From positions 3,038,001 through 3,102,000 of the forward strand of contig OZ059895.1 of NCBI GenBank assembly GCA_964057225.1: a stretch of 64,000 bases of DNA, in the 5' to 3' direction. The first letter of the stretch is position 1. The number at the start of each line of letters is the position of its first letter. The notes below the pieces were generated by a model that worked only from the letters and a program-made list of their open reading frames with translations, did no database searches and was not told the DNA's origin. Source of the stretch: Auanema rhodensis. Its lineage: Eukaryota; Animalia; Nematoda. Below are positions 30,001-38,279 of the stretch, piece after piece. A program made the translations under genes and the position numbers.

Positions 30001-33000
30001 ATTCCAATTTTTTTGTATCTATCTTGTAAAGATAGTAATAAACTTTGATTTTTGTACACCCATAAATTATACGCAGCACAGGTTACCCTTAAATAATGAA
30101 CTGACCGACTAATCAGACATGGATCTTTCCAAGTTCTGTTGCTTGAACGGATGTTTTCCTACGTAGGCTAGTAAAACATGCCCTTCAAAGCATCAGAACA
30201 TGTGATCACATTCCAATATTTTTGTATCTATCTTGTAAAGATAGTAATATATCATATGTTGAACACTATGTTGGAAAGATTTTAATTCAGATTTTCTAAC
30301 TTTTATTCAGTTTGTTTTTTAAACTTTGATTAAGAACTTTGATTTTTGTACACCCATAAATTATACGCAGCACAGGTTACCCTTAAATAATGAACTGACC
30401 GTCTAATCAGACATGGATCTTCCCAAGTTCTGTTGCTTGAATGGATGTTTTCCTACGTAGGCTAGTAAAACATGCCCTTCAAAGCATCAGAACATGTGAT
30501 CACATTCCAATTTTTTTGTATCTATCTTGTAAAGATAGTAATATATCATATGTTGAACACTATGTTGGAAAGATTTTAATTCAGATTTTTTCAACTTTCA
30601 CTCAGTTTGTTTTCTAAACTTTGATTAAGAACCTTGTTGTTTGTACACCCATAAAATATACGCAGCACAGGTTACCCTTAAATAATGAACTGACCGTCTA
30701 ATCAGACATGGATCTTCCCAAGTTCTGTTGCTTGAATGGATGTTTTCCTACGTAGGCTAGTAAAACATGCCCTTCAAAGCATCAGAACATGTGATCAAAT
30801 TCCAATTTTTTTGTATCTATCTTGTAAAGATAGTAATATATCATATGTTGAACACTATGTTGGAAAGATTTTCATTCAGATTTTTTAATTTTTATTCAGT
30901 TTGTTTTTTAAACTTTGATTAAGAACTTTGATTTTTGTACACCCATAAATTATACGCAGCACAGGTTACCCTTAAATAATAAACTGACCGACTAATCAGA
31001 CATGGATCTTTCCAAGTTCTGTTGCTTGAACGGATGTTTTCCTACGTAGGCTAGTAAAACATGCCCTTCAAAGCATCAGAACATGTGATCACATTCCAAT
31101 ATTTTTGTATCTATCTTGTAAAGATAGTAATATATCATATGTTGAACAGTATGTTGTAAAGATTTTAATTCAGATTTTCTAACTTTTATTCAGTTTGTTT
31201 TTTAAACTTTGATTAAGAACTTTGATTTTTGTACACCCATAAATTTTACGCAGCACAGGTTACCCTTAAATAATGAACTGACCAACTAATCAGACATGGA
31301 TCTTTCCTAGTTCTGTTGCTTGAATGGATGTTTTCATACGTAGGCTAGTAAAACATGCCCTTCAAAGCATCAGAACATGTGATCACATTCCAATTTTTTT
31401 GTATCTATCTTGTAAAGATAGTAATATATCATATGTTGAACACTATGTTGGAAAGATTTTAATTCAGATTTTCGAACTTTTATTCAGTTTGTTTTTTAAA
31501 CTTTGATTAAGAACTTTGATTTTTGTACACCCATAAATTATACGCAGCACAGGTTACCCTAAATTAATGAACTGACCGACTAATCAGACATGGATCTTTC
31601 CAAGTTCTGTTGCTTGAACGGATGTTTTCCTACGTAGGCTAGTAAAACATGCCCTTCAAAGCATCAGAACATGTGATCAAATTCCAATTTTTTTGTATCT
31701 ATCTTGTAAAGATAGTAATATATCATATGTTGAACACTATGTTGGAAAGATTTTCATTCAGATTTTTTAATTTTTATTCAGTTTGTTTTTTAAACTTTGA
31801 TTAAGAACTTTGATTTTTGTACACCCATAAATTATACGCAGCACAGGTTACCCTTAAATAATGAACTGACCGACTAATCAGACATGGATCTTTCCAAGTT
31901 CTGTTGCTTGAACGGATGTTTTCCTACGTAGGCTAGTAAAACATGCCCTTCAAAGCATCAGAACATGTGATCACATTCCAATTTTTTTGTATCTATCTTG
32001 TAAAGATAGTAATATATCATATGTTGAACACTATGTTGGAAAGATTTTAATTCAGATTTTCTAACTTTTATTCAGTTTGTTTTCTAAACTTTGATTAAGA
32101 ACTTTGATTTTTGTACACCCATAAATTATACGCAGCACAGGTTACCCTTAAATAATGAACTGACCGACTAATCAGACATGGATCTTTCCTAGTTCTGTTG
32201 CTTGAATGGATGTTTTCCTACGTAGGCTAGTAAAACATGACCTTCAAAGCATCAGAACATGTGATCACATTCCAATATTTTTGTATCTATCTTGTAAAGA
32301 TAGTAATATATCATATGTTGAACACTATGTTGGAAAGATTTTAATTCAGATTTTCTAACTTTTATTCAGTTTGTTTTTTAAACTTTGATTAAGAACTTTG
32401 ATTTTTGTACACCCATAAATTATACGCAGCACAGGTTACCCTTGAATAATGAACTGACCGACTAATCAGACATGGATCTTTCCTAGTTCTGTTGCTTGAA
32501 TGGATGTTTTCCTACGTAGGCTAGTAAAACATGCCCTTCAAAGCATCAGAACATGTGATCACATTCCAATTTTTTTGTATCTATCTTGTAAAGATAGTAA
32601 TAAACTTTGATTTTTGTACACCCATAAATTATACGCAGCACAGGTTACCCTTAAATAATGAACTGACCGACTAATCAGACATGGATCTTTCCAAGTTCTG
32701 TTGCTTGAACGGATGTTTTCCTACGTAGGCTAGTAAAACATGCCCTTCAAAGCATCAGAACATGTGATCACATTTCAATTTTTTTGTATCTATCTTGTAA
32801 AGATAGTAATATATCATATGTTGAACACTATGTTGGAAAGATTTTAATTCAGATTTTTTCAACTTTCACTCAGTTTGTTTTCTAAACTTTGATTAAGAAC
32901 CTTGTTGTTTGTACACCCATAAAATATACGCAGCACAGGTTACCCTTAAATAATGAACTGACCGTCTAATCAGACATGGATCTTCCCAAGTTCTGTTGCT

Positions 33001-34506
33001 TGAATGGATGTTTTCCTACGTAGGCTAGTAAAACATGCCCTTCAAAGCATCAGAACATGTGATCACATTCCAATTTTTTTGTATCTATCTTGTAAAGATA
33101 GTAATATATCATATGTTGAACACTATGTTGGAAAGATTTTAATTCGGTTTTTTTAATTTTTATTCAGTTTGTTTTTTAAACTTTGATTAAGAACTTTGAT
33201 TTTTGTACACCCATAAATTATACGCAGCACAGGTTACCCTTAAATAATGAACTGACCGACTAATCAGACATGAATCTTTCCAAGTTCTGTTGCTTGAATG
33301 GATGTTTTCCTACGTAGGCTAGTAAAGCATGCCCTTCAAAGCATCAGAACATGTGATCAAATTCCAATTTTTTTGTATCTATCTTGTAAAGATAGTAATA
33401 TATCATATGTTGAACACTATGTTGGAAAGATTTTAATTCGGTTTTTTTAATTTTTATTCAGTTTGTTTTTTAAACTTTGATTAAGAACTTTGATTTTTGT
33501 ACACCCATAAATTATACGCAGCACAGGTTACCCTTAAATAATAAACTGACCGACTAATCAGACATGGATCTTTCCAAGTTCTGTTGCTTGAACGGATGTT
33601 TTCCTACGTAGGCTAGTAAAACATGCCCTTCAAAGCATCAGAACATGTGATCACATTCCAATATTTTTGTATCTATCTTGTAAAGATAGTAATATATCAT
33701 ATGTTGAACACTATGTTGGAAAGATTTTAATTCAGATTTTCTAACTTTTATTCAGTTTGTTTTTTAAACTTTGATTAAGAACTTTGATTTTTGTACACCC
33801 ATAAATTATACGCAGCACAGGTTACCCTTAAATAATGAACTGACCGTCTAATCAGACATGGATCTTCCCAAGTTCTGTTGCTTGAATGGATGTTTTCCTA
33901 CGTAGGCTAGTAAAACATGCCCTTCAAAGCATCAGAACATGTGATCACATTCCAATTTTTTTGTATCTATCTTGTAAAGATAGTAATATATCATATGTTG
34001 AACACTATGTTGGAAAGATTTTAATTCAGATTTTTTCAACTTTCACTCAGTTTGTTTTCTAAACTTTGATTAAGAACCTTGTTGTTTGTACACCCATAAA
34101 ATATACGCAGCACAGGTTACCCTTAAATAATGAACTGACCGTCTAATCAGACATGGATCTTCCCAAGTTCTGTTGCTTGAATGGATGTTTTCCTACGTAG
34201 GCTAGTAAAACATGCCCTTCAAAGCATCAGAACATGTGATCAAATTCCAATTTTTTTGTATCTATCTTGTAAAGATAGTAATATATCATATGTTGAACAC
34301 TATGTTGGAAAGATTTTCATTCAGATTTTTTAATTTTTATTCAGTTTGTTTTTTAAACTTTGATTAAGAACTTTGATTTTTGTACACCCATAAATTATAC
34401 GCAGCACAGGTTACCCTTAAATAATGAACTGACCGACTAATCAGACATGGATCTTTCCAAGTTCTGTTGCTTGAACGGATGTTTTCCTACGTAGGCTAGT
34501 AAAACA
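1..34506. repeat. Satellite DNA array, 294-295 bp monomer, left segment (about 120 monomers, continues beyond window start)
   Basis: The same unit (...tacgcagcacaggttacccttaaataatgaactgaccgactaatcagacatggatc...cctacgtaggctagtaaaacatgcccttcaaagcatcagaacatgtgatcac...) recurs head-to-tail in one orientation with only a few variant positions per copy. Copy number is estimated from length. Confidence 0.99.
34503..34506 (+). repeat. Target-site duplication, left copy (AACA)
   Basis: Intact monomers read gctagtaaAACAtgccc. The junctions read gctagtaaAACA|cgttcc and ggaacg|AACAtgccc. Confidence 0.93.
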
Positions 34507-34842
34507 CGTTCCGTTATGCTCTCGCATCTATCCTATAGACCAATGTAGTCTATAAGATGTGCGATACAGTGTTCCAGATGTAGCGGTATTAATAGAGCAT
34601 AATGGATAACATAAGACTCATGAAAAGAAAGGTTTATTCTACATAATGATTACAATAAGTTACGATAAGAATTAAAGAGATATAAACTATAGGTGAGCTC
34701 TGAGGAGATGACAAGCCATCCTTAGTCATTCCATGAGACAGAACTAAAGTCTGAGTTCCGTATAAAGGGCGTGTCAGCTCCTCTCGTCTCTTGTCGTCTA
34801 GCTCTAACCCGCCTGCTACGTATTGATCATCCGAATGGAACG
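34507..34842 (-). repeat. 3' LTR (336 bp)
   Basis: Direct repeat of 37940-38275. Identity ends after ...atggaacg (next base t here, a in the other copy). Confidence 0.96.
34633..34638 (-). terminator. Putative polyadenylation signal AATAAA in 3' LTR (twin at 38066-38071)
   Basis: Plus strand tttatt. On the minus strand it is followed by a T-rich tract (CCTTTCTTTTCAT), consistent with the R/U5 region. Confidence 0.6.
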
Positions 34843-36513
34843 TATGGAGTTAACTCTTGAAGAGCTCCTATCTCTTCCTCTCGATTGGTTTCTTCGTTCT
34901 TTAAATTGTACTCGCCTTTGTCCATTTCTTCCTCCTTGATTGTTATATCGAGGATTATAATTATTTTGGTACCAATTAGTACCATTATTGCTGTTTTGAC
35001 GCTCGTTATTTCTTCCAAAATTATTTGGACGGCGATTATTTCCAAAATTATTATTACGTTGTTGGAAATTGTTATAATTTGAACGGTTTTTATTTGTTTG
35101 ATAATTTTGATAATTTTGATAATTTTGATTATTTTGATTACCGCGCTGGTAACTTCGGTCAAAAGTTCTGTTATCTCTTCTCTCTTTATTGCGCGTAAAG
35201 GGGGCTAGTGCTTGGTTAACTGCATTCACTAGCATCGCCTGAGTGTCTGCCGTCTGGTTCAATATTGATTCTTCCCAGCGAGCAGCCTCAATCGCCTCAG
35301 CAAAGGTTTTGGGCCTTGCTCGGATCACTCCTGCCTTCAGAGTATTTTTAAGTCCTCTCAGGAAGGTTGATCTTAGTATGTGATCCTTATGTGGGTCATC
35401 ACTGGCAAAAGCACTAAGGCTTATTGTTCGCAAAGCCTGAGCAAAGGCATCAATCGAAAGATCCCCTTGACTAGTGTTTTGAAGGCTGATCAGTGCTGGG
35501 TCCTGATTATATTCGGGACAGAGCTTTGATGTTAAAGCTGCTAACAAATCGTTCCATGAACCCGATGTTTTAAGGTGTTCAGGAGTTTGTTTGTATGCTT
35601 CTTCTGCCGCATCATTTTTAAGAAGCAACGGCAGAAGAGTCAACCTTTCAGGTATCACTAGGCCAAGTGCATTAGCGAAGACATTAAATTTAGCGGTAAA
35701 GTCGCGGAAATTGCGGCTACCGTCGTAAACAGGGCAGTAGGGTGATGTTAAAACTTGGGCAATTGTTGTTTTCCCCGCTCCGGGTAAATTGGTTGCGGGC
35801 TCAGTCATTTTTTTCGGAACAGCTATTACTGTATGTGCAGATCTTGAACTTCCTGACGTAGGAGTAATGTGCTCTGTTTGGTTATATTGGTTAGGTGTCG
35901 TCAATTCGTCTAATCTTGGACTATTGAGAATTGGGGTTGATGTTTGTGGGTTATTTTTCAAAAGTTTTCTCTGCTCCGGTGAGGTGATTGGAGATAACGT
36001 ATAGCGCGTGTATGTATTGGGTATTGTAGCAAGTCGCTGTGCTCGGCTAGATTTTGGGTTTGGGTCTTTGGGTGAGCGATTCAATAAATCAACGACTTTG
36101 TTTTTGAGAGATTGTAAGCCTGTTGTTGAAGGTGAATCAGTAGGTTCTTGACTTGAGAGAGAGAGAGAGATATCAGAATTATTTAGATTTTTATTATTTT
36201 TATTTTTATGTATATTGGAAGAGCGTACCTTTTCTTTCGTAGTGGTGTTCGGTGTCTGTTCGTCTATCACCAAGGGTCGCTCGTCGTCTCCAGATGGTAT
36301 GTAGTCCGGATCACTAGAACGTTCTGAAGGAGAAAACGTACCTGCACGGGGCGTGTAAAATTTTTCCACGTTAGGCTTCTCCTCTGCTGTGTCTTCGTTG
36401 ATGATGGCGACACTTTGCGCGCGAGTTCGGCTTCTGGTTACTGGAGCTGAGTCGCGGGGATGCGGGTTGGAGTGCGTACTGAGAGGTACTGCTGAGTTAT
36501 ACCTTCTCTCCAC
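34816..36513 (-). CDS. gag: Retrotransposon Gag-like protein (Ty3/gypsy capsid type), up to 565 aa; start uncertain (GTG at 36513, first in-frame ATG at 35808 gives 330 aa)
   Basis: Capsid-type motifs in the expected order across about 35733-35260: PVYDGS..F.DF..KF, SWNDL..AL, major-homology-region-like Q-GD-SIDAF...L, TFLRGL, PKTFAEAIEAAR..E. These are flanked by an S/T/P-rich N-terminal region and an N/Q/Y/R-rich tail. No CCHC knuckle. Stop TAG at 34816-34818 is inside the 3' LTR. Confidence 0.9.
   Translation of the reverse strand: MERRYNSAVPLSTHSNPHPRDSAPVTRSRTRAQSVAIINEDTAEEKPNVEKFYTPRAGTFSPSERSSDPDYIPSGDDERPLVIDEQTPNTTTKEKVRSSNIHKNKNNKNLNNSDISLSLSSQEPTDSPSTTGLQSLKNKVVDLLNRSPKDPNPKSSRAQRLATIPNTYTRYTLSPITSPEQRKLLKNNPQTSTPILNSPRLDELTTPNQYNQTEHITPTSGSSRSAHTVIAVPKKMTEPATNLPGAGKTTIAQVLTSPYCPVYDGSRNFRDFTAKFNVFANALGLVIPERLTLLPLLLKNDAAEEAYKQTPEHLKTSGSWNDLLAALTSKLCPEYNQDPALISLQNTSQGDLSIDAFAQALRTISLSAFASDDPHKDHILRSTFLRGLKNTLKAGVIRARPKTFAEAIEAARWEESILNQTADTQAMLVNAVNQALAPFTRNKERRDNRTFDRSYQRGNQNNQNYQNYQNYQTNKNRSNYNNFQQRNNNFGNNRRPNNFGRNNERQNSNNGTNWYQNNYNPRYNNQGGRNGQRRVQFKERRNQSRGRDRSSSRVNSIRSIRMINT
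34865..34882 (-). promoter_or_regulatory. Purine-rich tract GAGAGGAAGAGATAGGAG, candidate displaced polypurine tract
   Basis: 17 of 18 bases are purines on the minus strand, but the tract is 22 nt from the 3' LTR edge and lies inside gag coding sequence. Confidence 0.3.
35097..35140. repeat. 9-bp tandem repeat (tttgataat, about 5 copies) encoding NQN/YQN repeats in the Gag tail
   Basis: tttgataattttgataattttgataattttgattattttgatta; translates on the minus strand as NQNNQNYQNYQNYQ. Confidence 0.9.
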
Positions 36514-36603
36514 CTTGTTAGGACTCTTGGTTTGAAAAAACCTCGAGTGTCTGATTACGTGTGGGATGATGGAATTTGAACGTAATTGGGTGGGTATGTA
36601 CGT

Positions 36604-36807
36604 TTAGTTGTTGGTGGTAAGTTGGGAAAAGCTAGATTGAGACTGACAACTGGTTTGGTCAAGTCGGAAGGATAGGAATGAATCCAAGGTTCTGGCCATA
36701 ACTTTAGATCCGCCTTCTACCGTACTTTGAAATTGGACTTTGGTTATCTTGGTCTTTTGGGTCCAATTTGTATAGCATTTGCATTTTTCTTTTCTCTTTG
36801 CACGCAT
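36604..36807 (-). CDS. 67-aa upstream ORF in frame with gag (possible uORF or detached gag N-terminus)
   Basis: ATG at 36807, TAA at 36606-36604, then 30 sense codons to the gag GTG at 36513. No recognisable domain. Confidence 0.25.
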   Translation of the reverse strand: MRAKRKEKCKCYTNWTQKTKITKVQFQSTVEGGSKVMARTLDSFLSFRLDQTSCQSQSSFSQLTTNN

Positions 36808-37926
36808 TATGGATGATTGCCTGGTCTCAATGGGCTTATTCCCTTCTCTTTTTTATAGAATTTTTTGATTTTTAGTCGCAAACTCCCTTAGGCATTCCAA
36901 AAAGTTGCATTAAAATTAGACTTTGGTAATCCATCACTCTATCCAAGAAGAATTACTAGTCCCAATTGCATACTTAATTCGTTCGTTCATGGTTCAACGG
37001 GAAGTAAGGATCTTTTTTAAGAAATCTACCGTAGTCGTTTTGCAAACCAAAGATCTCGTTTTATAATATTGAAGTTACATAGCTGACTAAAATTTACAAG
37101 AACTATACGAAATTATAAAAAGAATAAGATGATTTGGAATTGAGTCTCATGTTTCTAAACAACAAAACGGTATGAGGAAGGTGACATATAGTATGGGGAG
37201 AAAATCCAACTAATATGCTTTAGCCAACTCGACCTGACGAATAAGTTTAAATTGGGAGATCAGTTTGTAAGAATATCGCAGGATTTTTCGGACTATAGCG
37301 AATGTAAGTTATTAAATTAAACATCCTCTCACTTGTTGTGAGGTTTCCCGTACGATTTTTAAGCGTTTTGTTATGTTTTTGGATGGTAAATGCTAAAAGT
37401 TGTCTGAACGATTTTAAACGCAAAATATAATAGTCCTTATCGCAAAATTATTTAAAATTCAAATTGGCATGCTTTTCATCCACAAAATTTAAGAAATAAC
37501 TGGAGTTATTCTTTCCTCAAAGCCGAAATCAATCCTTAAAAGGAGAATGGTGTGGGTAATAATCAAAATATATATAAAATCTTTAGGTGAATCTGTTCAC
37601 GAATTCAGCCTAAAGTCCTCATGTGGCTTCGAGGTCGGGTAACAGTATAATCAGATGTTAATAGCAAGGATATGTGACTTAGGTTCAGACATGACAAAAT
37701 TGTGAACAACGGGATCAAGTAAAATAAATTCTTCCCAAAATGTATAATTTTACTCTCTTATTATGAGAGTTCCTTGCATCTGTTCCCTATAACGATGTTG
37801 GCCCCTCCGTTTTGTGTTTTAGCGTGGAGAAGATGGCAATGGATAAGAGAAAGTTGAAAAGAAAATGAATATTGCAAGAGTGAATAAAATTTAAGAAAAT
37901 AAGAGAATAGTAAAAGAAACGTTCGA
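36808..37926 (-). other. AT-rich non-coding leader of the retroelement (about 1.1 kb)
   Basis: Lies between the PBS and the first ORF. No ORF of 60 aa or more in the track, and the parts I translated gave only short frames. Confidence 0.6.
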
Positions 37927-37939
37927 GGTGGAACCTCCA
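37927..37939 (-). promoter_or_regulatory. Primer-binding site, tRNA-Gln type (TGGAGGTTCCACC)
   Basis: The plus strand reads ggtggaacctcca, the 3' end of eukaryotic tRNA-Gln (...GGTGGAACCT plus CCA) as I recall it, and the start of the known retroviral PBS-Gln (TGGAGGTTCCACC...). It lies 0 nt from the LTR edge. Confidence 0.9.
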
Positions 37940-38275
37940 CGTTCCGTTATGCTCTCGCATCTATCCTATAGACCAATGTAGTCTATAAGATGTGCGATAC
38001 AGTGTTCCAGATGTAGCGGTATTAATAGAGCATAATGGATAACATAAGACTCATGAAAAGAAAGGTTTATTCTACATAATGATTACAATAAGTTACGATA
38101 AGAATTAAAGAGATATAAACTATAGGTGAGCTCTGAGGAGATGACAAGCCATCCTTAGTCATTCCATGAGACAGAACTAAAGTCTGAGTTCCGTATAAAG
38201 GGCGTGTCAGCTCCTCTCGTCTCTTGTCGTCTAGCTCTAACCCGCCTGCTACGTATTGATCATCCGAATGGAACG
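37940..38275 (-). repeat. 5' LTR (336 bp)
   Basis: Matches 34507-34842 at offset 3433 with no difference seen. Bounded by the inverted repeat CGTTCC...GGAACG and followed directly on the minus strand by the TGG of the PBS. Confidence 0.96.
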
Positions 38276-38279
38276 AACA
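38276..38279 (+). repeat. Target-site duplication, right copy (AACA)
   Basis: Removing 34507-38279 restores an ordinary monomer. Confidence 0.93.

Larger units (their letters stand above)
34507..38275 (-). mobile_element. Non-autonomous, gag-only LTR retrotransposon (Ty3/gypsy-like), 3,769 bp, recent insertion into the satellite
   Basis: Two 336-bp direct repeats, flanking AACA duplication, PBS abutting the right-hand LTR on the minus strand, gag-like ORF on the minus strand, AATAAA in the LTR on the minus strand, and no pol ORF. Confidence 0.95.

Noticed and set aside
1-34506. Assigning the satellite to a named family or species
   Set aside because: I do not recognise the sequence with confidence, and monomer length alone is not diagnostic. 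A BLASTN or Dfam/Repbase search is needed.
34827-35162. 111-aa minus-strand ORF as a frameshifted pol or protease
   Set aside because: No D[ST]G protease motif. The IIK repeats are the alternative-frame reading of the 9-bp repeat in gag.
35749-35790. Walker A-like NLPGAGKTTIAQVL in Gag
   Set aside because: The first position is N rather than G/A, there is no preceding hydrophobic strand or Walker B, and the following sequence is capsid-like. Probably chance.
34885-36004. Plus-strand ORFs 34885-35082 and 35789-36004
   Set aside because: Short antisense shadows of gag with non-ATG starts and no independent support.
37921-37939. tRNA gene or tRNA-derived SINE
   Set aside because: Only the 3' 13 nt including CCA match. 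There is no cloverleaf, and the position identifies it as a PBS.
34507-38275. DNA transposon, DIRS element or domesticated gag gene
   Set aside because: Long direct repeats, a tRNA PBS and a 4-bp TSD fit an integrase-type LTR element. There is no transposase or tyrosine recombinase, and identical LTRs argue against old domestication.
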